Assembly: GCA_035631615.1 (NCBI GenBank)
Contig: DASQIK010000088.1
Span: forward strand, 721 to 64,720
Length of the DNA stretch: 64,000 nucleotides
Source: Candidatus Dormiibacterota bacterium
GTDB lineage: Bacteria; Chloroflexota; Limnocylindria; Limnocylindrales; CSP1-4
Direction of reading: 5' to 3'
Position numbers and translations under genes: made by a program. The stretch's first letter is position 1; each line of letters starts with the position of its first letter. The notes under the pieces were generated by a model that made no database searches, was not told the origin of the DNA, and was given only the letters and a program-made list of their open reading frames with translations. Shown in pieces: positions 9,022 through 17,895 of the stretch.

Positions 9022-9708
9022 TCAGATCGAGGCGGTCGCCTCGAAGTGGACGAGGGCGCGGTTGGTCGCCTCTGGCGCGACGTACTTGAACACCGATCGA
9101 TCGAGCGAGTACATGCCCGTGCAGGCCAGGCGGATGGCGCCGATGTGGAAGGTGAACACCGGGTTCTCGTCGTTGCCTGCGTAGTGGTGGCCCTCGCCGG
9201 TCCGGGTGAGGACGGCGAGGTTCGCATGCCCGCCGAACGTGTCGTGCAGCTTCGTGAGGACGTCGGGCACGGAGCCCGCGTCGGCCCAATGGTCCTCCAG
9301 CCAGCGCGCCCCGATCTCGGTATCGGCCTTGCCCACCAGCCGGCCCGCTTCGCGGTAGCTGCGCCGGTACGCCTGGTGGTGCTCGAGGTCGCCGTTGTGG
9401 CTGAATGCATAGCGACCGCTCGGGTCGTCGAACGGCTGGGTGTCGGGGATCCCGATCGTCGAGAACTTCGACGGGCGCCGGAGGTGGACGAGCAGCGCCC
9501 GCGTCACGACCTCGCCGACCTCCGCACGCCGCGGGTCGTCACGGAAGGTGCCGATGTCGCGATGGGAGTGCAGCCCGCCGTTCGCGTCGAGCCAGGTCGC
9601 GCCCCAGCCGAAGCCCGCGAGGCCGTAGCGCTCGAGGCGCTCCGTGAACGGCCAGAGGGCGTCGATGCGGAACGGCGCCGGCGACACGGCGACGTATTGC
9701 TCGCACAC
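9022..9708 (-). CDS. Class II glutamine amidotransferase-fold (Ntn, YafJ/EgtC-like) amidohydrolase
   Basis: Track ORF 9022..9882 trimmed to GTG 9708, so that the protein begins (M)CEQYVAV. An N-terminal nucleophile Cys directly after the initiator is typical of the family. Also VHLRRPS...DTQPF...YAFSHNGDL. Confidence 0.75.
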   Translation of the reverse strand: MCEQYVAVSPAPFRIDALWPFTERLERYGLAGFGWGATWLDANGGLHSHRDIGTFRDDPRRAEVGEVVTRALLVHLRRPSKFSTIGIPDTQPFDDPSGRYAFSHNGDLEHHQAYRRSYREAGRLVGKADTEIGARWLEDHWADAGSVPDVLTKLHDTFGGHANLAVLTRTGEGHHYAGNDENPVFTFHIGAIRLACTGMYSLDRSVFKYVAPEATNRALVHFEATASI

Positions 9709-9719
9709 CGGCCGAACGC

Positions 9720-10610
9720 CTAGCCGCTCGCGGACTTCGCAGCGGCCCGTGCTCCGGACCTGCCGCCGTTCTTCGCGGCGGGCTTGCCGGCGGGCGCCTG
9801 GCAGCTCGGGCACCAGTACGTCGTCCGCGGCAGCTCCGTGCCCTGAGGCGCGGCCTGGATCAGCGCGCCGCAGCGATGGCACGGCCGTCCGGCGCGGTCA
9901 TAGACCCACAGCCGCGATGGCGCGAGCCGCTTGCCGGTCTTGAGATCGACCGTGGTCGTGCGGCCGGCGGCGGCCTCCGGGCGGGCGTTTGTCCGCAGGT
10001 GCTCACGGGCGGTGGTGAGGATCCGCTCGATGGTCTCCTCGTCGAGGGTGCCGACGAGCGCGAACGGGTCGACCTTCTCGATGAACAGGACCTCGCTCTT
10101 GAAGACGTTGCCGATCCCCGCCACCGCGCGCTGGTCGAGCACCGCCTCGCCGATGGCGGTCCCGGCACGGGACGGGTCGCGGAGGCGGCGCACCGCCTCG
10201 GCCTGGTCGTAGGAGGCATCGAGGAGGTCCGGCCCCAGCATCGAGATCACGGGGTGGACGACCTCTGCTCGGCGCTCGAACAGCTCGACGACCGGGGCGT
10301 CGAAGCAGACCGCGATCGCGCCGGGGACCTCGATGACGAGCGCGGCGCGCGACGGCGGCCGGCGCCAGGTCTCGCCCGGGCGGTACCGATGCCACGAGCC
10401 ATGCAGGCCGAGATGGGTTCGGAGCTCGAGCCCGCCGTCGAACCTGATGAGCAGGTTCTTCCCGGCGGCATCGACCGCATCGATCTTCTGGCCGACGATG
10501 CGCGAGACCTGTGGGCCCGGCAGGCGCGCGCGGGCGCCCGTCACGACGCGCCCGGCCAGGTATGGCCGCAGCGCCACGGCGATTCTTGCGAGCGTGTCTC
10601 CTTCCGGCAT
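9720..10610 (-). CDS. nei: Fpg/Nei family DNA glycosylase (endonuclease VIII-like)
   Basis: C-terminal 296 aa of track ORF 9720..12020, starting MPEGDTLARIA (N-terminal catalytic Pro after Met). Also contains an H2TH region and a C-terminal zinc finger, CHRCG...YWCPSCQ. Its ATG overlaps the lhr stop (TGATG). Confidence 0.88.
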   Translation of the reverse strand: MPEGDTLARIAVALRPYLAGRVVTGARARLPGPQVSRIVGQKIDAVDAAGKNLLIRFDGGLELRTHLGLHGSWHRYRPGETWRRPPSRAALVIEVPGAIAVCFDAPVVELFERRAEVVHPVISMLGPDLLDASYDQAEAVRRLRDPSRAGTAIGEAVLDQRAVAGIGNVFKSEVLFIEKVDPFALVGTLDEETIERILTTAREHLRTNARPEAAAGRTTTVDLKTGKRLAPSRLWVYDRAGRPCHRCGALIQAAPQGTELPRTTYWCPSCQAPAGKPAAKNGGRSGARAAAKSASG

Positions 10611-13600
10611 CAGGCGATCATCGCCGGTGCGCGCTCTTTTCGCATGACGACTCCGCGATATCCCTGGATGAAGCCGGCCCGCAGGAGCGTTTCGTACCAC
10701 GGCGACCGCCCCACCGGCTCGCCATCCACGCGTGCGATGACCAGCTCGCGGCGGCCGGCGTCGGCGAGGAGGTGCCGAAGCGAGGCAAGCGCGGCTGCGG
10801 CGGTGACCGGGTCGTCGAGGGCGGGCAGCGTCTGCAGCGACGACCCGCCGCGGTCGAGGTACAGCGCGGCAAGCCCATCCACGAGCACGACCGAGGCCCC
10901 GGCGGCGCGCTGGAAGGGTCGGCGGTCCGTCTCGCCGCGTCGCGGCCACGGCACCGCGGCGCCGTACGGATTGGCCGGGTCGGCGGCGGCGAGCAGGTGG
11001 ACGACCGGTGCGTCGCCGGTCGTCGAGGCCGGCTCGCGGACGGCGCGCAGGCGATCGAGGGCGCCCGCGAGCGCGAACTGCGCCGCACCGAGGCCCTCGA
11101 CGAAGTAGCCGCGCCGGATCCGGCCGGCGTCCTCGAGGGCGCGCAGCATCGGATAGACCGCGGAGAAGCCGCCCTCCTGCCCCTCGGCCATCACCGATTC
11201 CCGGACGAGCACGCCGTGGCGGTCGAGGAGGGCGAGAGCGAGCTGGTGAAGGCGCTCGGTCGGGCTGAGGGCGGCGGGCGCCGGGTCCCACACGCCACTG
11301 CCGACGAGCGACCAGCGGCCGGCCGCCTCGGGCGGCCCGAGCGACGTCAGCCTGCCGATGCCGCGGCCGCGGGTGGTGCCGGCGCCGGGCCGCGATGGGC
11401 GCTTCCAGCGCAGCGCCCGCAGCGGCGCGAAGGTGTCGTTGGTCACCTCGCCGGCCCAGACGAGATCCCACAGGGCGTCGAGGACGTCGCGCTCGGTGGC
11501 GGCGCCGGTGCCGGAGCGACCGGCCGCGGCCTGGATCGCCCGGAAGAAGGAGGCGCCGCGGGCGGCGAGGTGGTCGCGAATTGCTCGATGCAGCGGCTCG
11601 TCCGGGGGCTTTGCGCCGTCGGCTGCGCCGCTCGGGAGGAGCAGCTCGCGGCCGGGACGGTGCAGCACGACGCGGCCGTCGTCGCGGCCGAGGCTGCCAT
11701 GGCCGACCCACGCGACCTCGCCGAGCGCGCCCAGCTCGTCGAGAAGCCGCGCCTGGTAGCCGGCGATCCGGGCCGGGAGCACGTCGCGCTCGAGCACGGA
11801 AGCGGGAATCGGCACGCCCGACAGCTGGTCGACGACCTCGGCCAGGCGCTCGAGCGCGGCGCTGCCACGGAGCGCGGTCGGATTCGAACCAACCGGGATC
11901 ACGCCCTGCCACGCGGGCAGGAAGCGACCGAGCGTCTCCGGCTCGACGGGCTCGACCTCGCGACGCAGGCGCGCGAGCGAGCGGCGGCGGAGCTGGCGCA
12001 GGACCTCGGGGTCGCACCACTCGCGCTCGGAGCCCGATGGGCGGAACTCGCCGCGCAGCACGGTCCCGGCCGCTGCCAGGCGCCCGAGGGCATCCTCGAC
12101 GACACCCAGCGGCAGGCCCCAGCGTGCGGCCGGCTCGGTGGCGAGGAACGGGCCATGACTGCGCGCGAACCTGGCGAGCAGGGACTCCAGCGCGCCGTCG
12201 ACCCGGACAAGGAACGCCTCCGGGACGCCGCTCGGCGGCGACGCGCCCACGCCGTCCCGGTAGCGGCCGGCGTCCTCGATCGCGATCCAGCGATCATCCC
12301 CGGCGATCCGGATCGCGACCGCGCGTCGGGTAGCGGCGAGCTCTCGCAGCCAGCCGTCCGCGCCGCCTGCCGCACGCTCGACCCGAGCCGCGATCTCGTC
12401 TGCCGAGAGGTCGCCGATCCGCCGCAGCAGGTCGTGGAGGTGCTCGACGCTGTTTGCCTGGCGCTCCTCGGTGAGCGATTGCAGGGACAGCTCGAGGTCG
12501 GCGAGCGCCTCCGGATCGAGCAGCTCGCGCAGCTCCTCCTGCCCGAGCAGCTCGCGGAGCAGATCGCGATCCAGCGCCAGCGCCCCCGCCCGCCGCTCGG
12601 CCAGCGGCGCATCGCCCTCGTACATGTAGGCCGCGACGTAGTCGAACAGGAGGGACGAAGCGAACGGCGACGCCTTGGCGGTCTCGACGCCGTGGATGGC
12701 GATCTCGCGCCGCTCGATCCCGCCGAGAATCTCGCGCAGTGCCTCGAGGTCGAACACGTCGGAGAGGCACTCGCGGTAGGTCTCGACGAGGATCGGGAAG
12801 CTGCCATACCGAGAAGCGACCTGGAGCAGGTCGGCGGCGCGCTGGCGCTGCTGCCACAGCGGCGTGCGCGCGCCCGGTCGGCGGCGCGGGAGCAGGAGCG
12901 CCCGGCCCGCGTTCTCGCGGAACCTCGACGCGAACAGCGCCGAGCCGCCGACTGCCTCGACGACGAGATCCTCGATCTCGTCGGCGGCCGGGAACAGCAG
13001 CGCCTCGATCTCGGCCAGCCGTGCCGCGCTGCCGTCGCCCTCGCCCTCGGGGAGGCGGACGGCGATGCCGTCGTCCGACCAGATCGTCTGTGCCTCGATC
13101 CCGAGGCGCTCCCGGAGGCGCGTCTCGATGGCCAGGGTGAGGGGCGCGTGCACGCGGCCCCCGTACGGCGACAGGATCACCAGCCGCCAGTCGCCGAGCT
13201 CATCGCGGAAGCGCTGGACCACGAGCCGCTGGTCGGTCGGCAGCGCACCGGCGACCTCGCGCTCCTCGTCGAGGTAGGCAATGAGGTTGGCCGCGGCCAG
13301 CTCGTCGAGGTCGTGCTCGGTGCGGAGGCGGCTCGTGAGCGCGCGGTGGCCGCGCTCCCCGCGCGCGAGGTCGCCCTCGGCCTCGCGCAGGAAGCCGCCG
13401 ATCGCCCGACCGAGCTCCACCGGGCGCCCGACGGCGTCGCCCTTCCAGAACGGCAGCTTGCCGGGCACGCCGGGCGACGGCTCGACGATGACCCGGTCCG
13501 GCGTGATGTCGAGCACGCGCCAGCTGCTCGCCCCGAGCACGATCACGTCGCCGTGCATGCCGGCGCGGAGCTCGTAGACCATCTCCTCGTCGAGCTCGCC

Positions 13601-15292
13601 GACGCGGCGGCCGGGCGTGCCGGTCTCGCCCGCGAGGAACACGCCGAACAGCCCGCGATCCGGGATCGTCCCCCCGGAGGTCACGGCGACCACCCGCGCG
13701 TCGCGCCGGCCCTCGACGACATCCGTGACCCGATCCCACACGACCCGCGCCTTCAGCTCCGCGAACTCGTCGGACGGGTAGGCGCCGGCGAGCATCCCGA
13801 GCACCGCCTCGAGCGCCTCCCGCGACAGCGTCTCGAACGGCGCGGCGCGGTTCACGATCTCGAGGAGCTCGGCGACCGTCCACTTGTCCATCACGGTCAT
13901 CGCGACGAGCTGCTGGGCGAGCACGTCGAGCGGGTTGTGGGGCATGACCGTCGTCTCGATGGCGCCGTCGTGCATCCGCTTGACCACGACTGCGGATTCG
14001 AGCAGGTCACCGCGGAACTTCGGGAACACGATGCCCTTCGACGGCTCGCCGACCTGGTGGCCCGCTCGCCCGACACGCTGCAGCCCGGAGGCGACGCTCG
14101 TCGGCGACTCGACGAGGACGACCAGGTCGACGGCGCCCATGTCGATGCCGAGCTCGAGCGAGGAGGTCGCCACGAGGGCGGGGATCCGGCCGGCCTTCAG
14201 GTCCTCCTCGATCTGGAGGCGCTGCTCGCGCGCGATCGAGCCGTGGTGGGCGCGGACGAGCTCCTCGCCGGCGAGCTCGTTCAGCCGCTGGGCGAGCCGC
14301 TCCGAGAGGCGCCGGCTGTTCGTGAAGATGATCGTGCTGCGATGCGCCCGGATCAGCTCGAGCAGGCGTGGGTGGATCGCCGGCCAGATGCTCGTCCGCA
14401 TGTCACCGAACGCGACCGGCCCGCCGGGCTGCTGATCCGCCGGCAGCACCTCGCCGAGGCGCGCCATGTCCTCGACCGGGACGATGACCTCGAGGTCGAG
14501 CGCCTTGCGGCTGCCGGCGTCGACGATCTCGACCTCGCGGCCCGGCCCGATCCCGCCGAGGAACCGGGCGATCGTCTCGAGCGGCCGCTGGGTCGCCGAC
14601 AGCCCGATCCGCTGCATCGGTGGCGCGTCGAGGGGCCGAAGCCGCTCGAGCCGCTCCAGGGACAGCGCGAGGTGTGCTCCGCGCTTCGTGCCGGCGATCG
14701 CGTGGACCTCGTCGACGATGACCGTCTCGACGCCGCGCAGCGTCTCGCGGGCGCCGCTGGTCAGGAGGAGATACAGGCTCTCCGGCGTCGTCACCAGGAT
14801 GTCCGGCGGCCGCCGGGCGAGCTCCCGTCGCTGCTCCTGGGGCGTGTCACCCGTTCGCCCGGCGATCGAGATCCGCGGCTCGGGCTCGCCGAGCCGCTGC
14901 GCCGCAAGCGCGATCCCGTGGAGCGGGGCGCGGAGGTTGCGCTCGACGTCGTAGGTCAGCGCCTTGAGCGGCGAGACGTACAGGACGCGGACGCTCCCCG
15001 GCTCGGACCGAGATGGCGGCGGCGATGGGTTGCGGGCGAGGCGGTCCAGGCACCACAGGAAGGCGGCGAGAGTCTTGCCGCTCCCGGTCGGGGCGTGGAT
15101 GAGCGTGTGCCGACCGGTCGAGATCGAGGCCCAGCCCCCGACCTGCGCCGGGGTCGGCGTTTCGAAGGCGGATTCGAACCACGCCCGCACCGGCGCGGAG
15201 AAGGGCGCGAGGGGGTCGCCGGCCGGGGCCCGGGCCTCGGTCGGGATCGGCTTCGTGCCGCGCCGCGCGGCTGGGCGGGTGATCGCGCTCAC
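10610..15292 (-). CDS. lhr: Lhr-family large ATP-dependent DEAD/DEAH-box helicase
   Basis: 1560-aa ORF with a GTG start. Motif I HAPTGSGKTLAAFL, DEVH box IVDEVHAIAG, helicase C region, long Lhr-type C-terminal extension. The lhr-nei arrangement is as in mycobacteria. Confidence 0.93.
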   Translation of the reverse strand: MSAITRPAARRGTKPIPTEARAPAGDPLAPFSAPVRAWFESAFETPTPAQVGGWASISTGRHTLIHAPTGSGKTLAAFLWCLDRLARNPSPPPSRSEPGSVRVLYVSPLKALTYDVERNLRAPLHGIALAAQRLGEPEPRISIAGRTGDTPQEQRRELARRPPDILVTTPESLYLLLTSGARETLRGVETVIVDEVHAIAGTKRGAHLALSLERLERLRPLDAPPMQRIGLSATQRPLETIARFLGGIGPGREVEIVDAGSRKALDLEVIVPVEDMARLGEVLPADQQPGGPVAFGDMRTSIWPAIHPRLLELIRAHRSTIIFTNSRRLSERLAQRLNELAGEELVRAHHGSIAREQRLQIEEDLKAGRIPALVATSSLELGIDMGAVDLVVLVESPTSVASGLQRVGRAGHQVGEPSKGIVFPKFRGDLLESAVVVKRMHDGAIETTVMPHNPLDVLAQQLVAMTVMDKWTVAELLEIVNRAAPFETLSREALEAVLGMLAGAYPSDEFAELKARVVWDRVTDVVEGRRDARVVAVTSGGTIPDRGLFGVFLAGETGTPGRRVGELDEEMVYELRAGMHGDVIVLGASSWRVLDITPDRVIVEPSPGVPGKLPFWKGDAVGRPVELGRAIGGFLREAEGDLARGERGHRALTSRLRTEHDLDELAAANLIAYLDEEREVAGALPTDQRLVVQRFRDELGDWRLVILSPYGGRVHAPLTLAIETRLRERLGIEAQTIWSDDGIAVRLPEGEGDGSAARLAEIEALLFPAADEIEDLVVEAVGGSALFASRFRENAGRALLLPRRRPGARTPLWQQRQRAADLLQVASRYGSFPILVETYRECLSDVFDLEALREILGGIERREIAIHGVETAKASPFASSLLFDYVAAYMYEGDAPLAERRAGALALDRDLLRELLGQEELRELLDPEALADLELSLQSLTEERQANSVEHLHDLLRRIGDLSADEIAARVERAAGGADGWLRELAATRRAVAIRIAGDDRWIAIEDAGRYRDGVGASPPSGVPEAFLVRVDGALESLLARFARSHGPFLATEPAARWGLPLGVVEDALGRLAAAGTVLRGEFRPSGSEREWCDPEVLRQLRRRSLARLRREVEPVEPETLGRFLPAWQGVIPVGSNPTALRGSAALERLAEVVDQLSGVPIPASVLERDVLPARIAGYQARLLDELGALGEVAWVGHGSLGRDDGRVVLHRPGRELLLPSGAADGAKPPDEPLHRAIRDHLAARGASFFRAIQAAAGRSGTGAATERDVLDALWDLVWAGEVTNDTFAPLRALRWKRPSRPGAGTTRGRGIGRLTSLGPPEAAGRWSLVGSGVWDPAPAALSPTERLHQLALALLDRHGVLVRESVMAEGQEGGFSAVYPMLRALEDAGRIRRGYFVEGLGAAQFALAGALDRLRAVREPASTTGDAPVVHLLAAADPANPYGAAVPWPRRGETDRRPFQRAAGASVVLVDGLAALYLDRGGSSLQTLPALDDPVTAAAALASLRHLLADAGRRELVIARVDGEPVGRSPWYETLLRAGFIQGYRGVVMRKERAPAMIA

Positions 15293-15301
15293 GGGCGGCG
15301 A

Positions 15302-15307
15302 ATTCTA
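15302..15307 (-). promoter_or_regulatory. Candidate -10 hexamer TAGAAT for lhr, implying a leaderless or near-leaderless mRNA
   Basis: Minus strand reads gagTAGAATtcgccgcccGTG. The hexamer ends 9 nt before the lhr GTG start, and there is no SD sequence in between. Confidence 0.35.
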
Positions 15308-15323
15308 CTCCGCACGGGCCATT

Positions 15324-15339
15324 TCGACCAAATGTTCGA
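15324..15339. promoter_or_regulatory. Candidate LexA (SOS/Cheo-type) box TCGACCAAATGTTCGA
   Basis: One mismatch to the actinobacterial consensus TCGAAC-N4-GTTCGA. It sits over the expected -35 region of the putative lhr promoter, and a third half-site TCGAAC follows at 15344..15349. Confidence 0.45.
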
Positions 15340-15499
15340 TGGGTCGAACCCCGGCGCGATGGCACGGGCCGAGGGGCCGCTGGTCCCGGCCACATCGGGC
15401 CATTGGGCCCGTTCCCGGAATCGCCCCGCGATCGATGCTGGCCGCAGTCGGGAGCCTATCCCGAGGGAAACAGGGAGCAGGAAGGTACAGGGTACGGAG

Positions 15500-16297
15500 A
15501 TGTCAGCACTGCGAAGGTACGTCGTGCCGCTGGGCGTCATTGCCGCGGCGATCGTTCTCTATCTGTCGGCACCGTGGGCCCAGTTCGGTCTCGCCTCGAT
15601 CGCGCCGAGCAAGGACGTGTACACGATCCTGTCGATCGTGTTCTGGGTCCTGGCCATCGTTCTGGTCCTTACGCTGTTCGAGGATCGCAAGCAGCCCGGA
15701 GCGACCGTGGTCGAGGTCGAGGGGCCGGCGTTCACGCGGTACCTCTTCAGCAACACCCGGGCCGGACTGCTCTGGCTGCCGATTCGCCTGTTCGTCGGGT
15801 TCGCGTTCTTCGCGGCAGGCATGCACAAGCTCTTCCCCGACGGCAAGCCGATCGGCGCCGGCTGGCTCGACGGTGGCGCCTCGCTCCTCGGCTACTGGAA
15901 GGGCGCGGTCGCGATCCCGGACGCCCCCGGCCATGCCGCGATCACGTTCGACTGGTATCGCGACTTCCTGAACATCCTCATCAACAACGGCGCCCAGAGC
16001 TGGTTCGCCTACATCATCGTCTTCGGTGAGATCGCGATCGGCCTCGGGCTCATCTTCGGGGTCCTCACCGGAATCGCGGCCTTCTTCGGAGCGACCATGA
16101 ACATGTCGTTCCTCCTCGCCGGCTCGGCGTCGACGAACCCGGTCCTGTTCTTCCTGGGGATCGGGCTCATCGTCGGCTGGCGGGTCGCCGGCTACTACGG
16201 CATCGACCGGTACCTGCTCCCGAAGCTCGGCGTGCCATGGCATGCAAGAGTCGTCGAGGCCAGGCCAGCCATGACGGCAGCGCCGATGACGAGCTGA
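15500..16297 (+). CDS. DoxX/DoxD-like integral membrane protein
   Basis: Only the last 265 aa of the 1928-aa track ORF 10511..16297 look real. ATG 15500 is preceded by GGAGA. Multiple TM helices and a DoxX-like segment, WLPIRLFVGFAFFAAGMHKL...FGEIAIGLGLIFGVLTGIAAFFG. Confidence 0.6.
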   Translation: MSALRRYVVPLGVIAAAIVLYLSAPWAQFGLASIAPSKDVYTILSIVFWVLAIVLVLTLFEDRKQPGATVVEVEGPAFTRYLFSNTRAGLLWLPIRLFVGFAFFAAGMHKLFPDGKPIGAGWLDGGASLLGYWKGAVAIPDAPGHAAITFDWYRDFLNILINNGAQSWFAYIIVFGEIAIGLGLIFGVLTGIAAFFGATMNMSFLLAGSASTNPVLFFLGIGLIVGWRVAGYYGIDRYLLPKLGVPWHARVVEARPAMTAAPMTS

Positions 16298-16352
16298 GCC
16301 GCTCCCACCCAGGGAGGCTGGTCTGCACCGACACCGGCCTCCCTTCGCTCCC

Positions 16353-16384
16353 CGATCGCCCAGGCCCCGAGGCCCGGGCGATCG
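16353..16384. terminator. Strong hairpin between the convergent DoxX and deacetylase genes (bidirectional terminator candidate)
   Basis: cgatcgccc-a-ggcc-ccga-ggcc-c-gggcgatcg: a 9-bp outer stem plus a 4-bp inner stem, followed by gcgttt on the plus strand. It lies 56 nt after the DoxX stop. Confidence 0.45.
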
Positions 16385-16407
16385 GCGTTTCCTGCGCCGT
16401 GGACCCT

Positions 16408-17586
16408 TCAGGCGCGATTCGCGAGGAGCGGGAGGACGCGATCGAGGACCTCGCGGGCGATGACCGCCGCGCGCTCGTCGGCGTGGGCCTGGGCGCGCGT
16501 GTACGGAAGGCCGGCGTTGTCCGCATCGTCGAGGGAGGTCGGGATCGGCGCCTGGTGGTGGTGCTCCGCGTCCGAAGCCCAGCGCTCGCGCCACGCCGGA
16601 GCGAGCTCACCGATCGGCGAAGCATGGGACTGGGCAAGCCACACGTGCGCCCAGACCCGTGGGACCACGCGATAGACGTCGTAGCCACCACCGCCGGTCG
16701 CGAGCCACCGACCTGCCGCGTGCCGGTGCGCCAGGGCGTCGACGAGCCGGGCGAGCCGGCCCATCGCGGTGGACGTGACCAGGAGGTGCGCCAGCGGATC
16801 GAAGGCGTGGGCGTCGGCGCCATGCTGGGAGACGATGACCTCGGGCCCGAAGGCCGCCGCGAGTGGCGGCAGCGCGAGCTCGAGCGCCTCGACCCAGCCG
16901 ATCTCGCCCGTCCCCGGATCCAGCGCGATGTTGACCTTCGTGCCCTCGGCGCCGCGCCCACCGATCTCGTCGGCAAAGCCCGTTCCGGGGAAGAGGCTGA
17001 ACCCTGACTCGTGGATCGACACCGTCAGCACGCCGGGATCGAGCCAGTGGATTGCCTGGACGCCGTCGCCGTGATGCACGTCGAGATCGATGTACATGAC
17101 CCGCAGCCCGTCGCGCCTCGCCCGCGCGATCGCCAGCGCCGGGTCGTCGTAGACGCAGAACCCGGAAGCACGCGCCGGCATCGCATGATGGAGCCCGCCA
17201 CCCGGGTGGAAGGCGTGGGTCACGTCACCGCGGAGGATCGCTTCGATCGCCCGCAGCGAGCCCCCGGCGACCGCGGCGGACGCCTCGTGCATGCCCGCGA
17301 ACGCCGGCGTGTCGCCCGGCCCGATCCCCGCCCGCGACCCACCGAGCGGCTGGCGCGAGAACGCCTTGACGATCTCGACGTAGCCCGGCTCGTGGATCCA
17401 CTCGAGCTCCGCGTCCGCTGCCGGCTCGGGCGCGAGATTCGGCACGGCGCCCAGCGTCTCGAGGAGCGAGATCCCGGTCCCGAACCGCCGCGGGGTCAGC
17501 GGGTGCGCGGGCCCGAAGTCGTACGTCGTCGAGCGCGGCCCGTAGACGAGGAGCGGCGGCTGCGGCAGGTCCGGCACGCCCGGCAC
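16408..17586 (-). CDS. Histone deacetylase-family protein (acetoin utilisation AcuC / acetylpolyamine amidohydrolase-like)
   Basis: 392-aa ORF with a GTG start. Motifs: PGGGLHHAMPARASGFCVYDD, DLDVHHGDGVQ, SIHESG. Confidence 0.85.
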   Translation of the reverse strand: MPGVPDLPQPPLLVYGPRSTTYDFGPAHPLTPRRFGTGISLLETLGAVPNLAPEPAADAELEWIHEPGYVEIVKAFSRQPLGGSRAGIGPGDTPAFAGMHEASAAVAGGSLRAIEAILRGDVTHAFHPGGGLHHAMPARASGFCVYDDPALAIARARRDGLRVMYIDLDVHHGDGVQAIHWLDPGVLTVSIHESGFSLFPGTGFADEIGGRGAEGTKVNIALDPGTGEIGWVEALELALPPLAAAFGPEVIVSQHGADAHAFDPLAHLLVTSTAMGRLARLVDALAHRHAAGRWLATGGGGYDVYRVVPRVWAHVWLAQSHASPIGELAPAWRERWASDAEHHHQAPIPTSLDDADNAGLPYTRAQAHADERAAVIAREVLDRVLPLLANRA

Positions 17587-17619
17587 GATAGCCGAGCGGA
17601 CCGGCGTACCATCCGCGAC

Positions 17620-17799
17620 GTGGACACCCTCCTGATCCTCATCGTCATCCTGATCCTCGCCCTGATCTGGCGCGGTCCCAAGACGATCCCGGAGATCGGG
17701 CGGATGTTCGGCAAGGGCGTCCGGGAGGCGCGCATCGAAGCGGCGAAGCTTCGCTCCGACGACGACAAGCCCTCGGACGGAGGCGCGCCAGGCGCCTGA
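17620..17799 (+). CDS. tatA: Twin-arginine translocase TatA/E-like small membrane protein
   Basis: Last 59 aa of track ORF 17011..17799, from GTG 17620: VDTLLILIVILILALIWRGPKTIPEIGRMFGKGVREARIEAAKL. This is one TM helix followed by an amphipathic helix, but the usual FG hinge is replaced by WRG. Confidence 0.6.
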   Translation: MDTLLILIVILILALIWRGPKTIPEIGRMFGKGVREARIEAAKLRSDDDKPSDGGAPGA

Positions 17800-17856
17800 G
17801 GACGCCGCGGCGGTGCCGACCCATGTCTTCGCGCCCTGACGTCAGAGCCCGCTCAC

Positions 17857-17895
17857 GGAGTAGCTGCCCTAGGGCGGAGTAGCTGCCCCTAGGGC
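17857..17895. repeat. Perfectly adjacent 19/20-nt tandem duplication (GGAGTAGCTGCCC[C]TAGGGC x2) spanning a stop codon
   Basis: Copy A is 17857..17875 and copy B is 17876..17895; they differ by one extra C. The stop of the 17869..18975 gene lies in copy A, while copy B encodes its last residues LGAATP. Confidence 0.85.

Noticed and set aside
17857-17895. Tandem 19/20-nt repeat considered as a CRISPR or minisatellite seed.
   Set aside because: There are only two copies, they are directly adjacent with no spacers, and no further copies or cas genes appear in the window.
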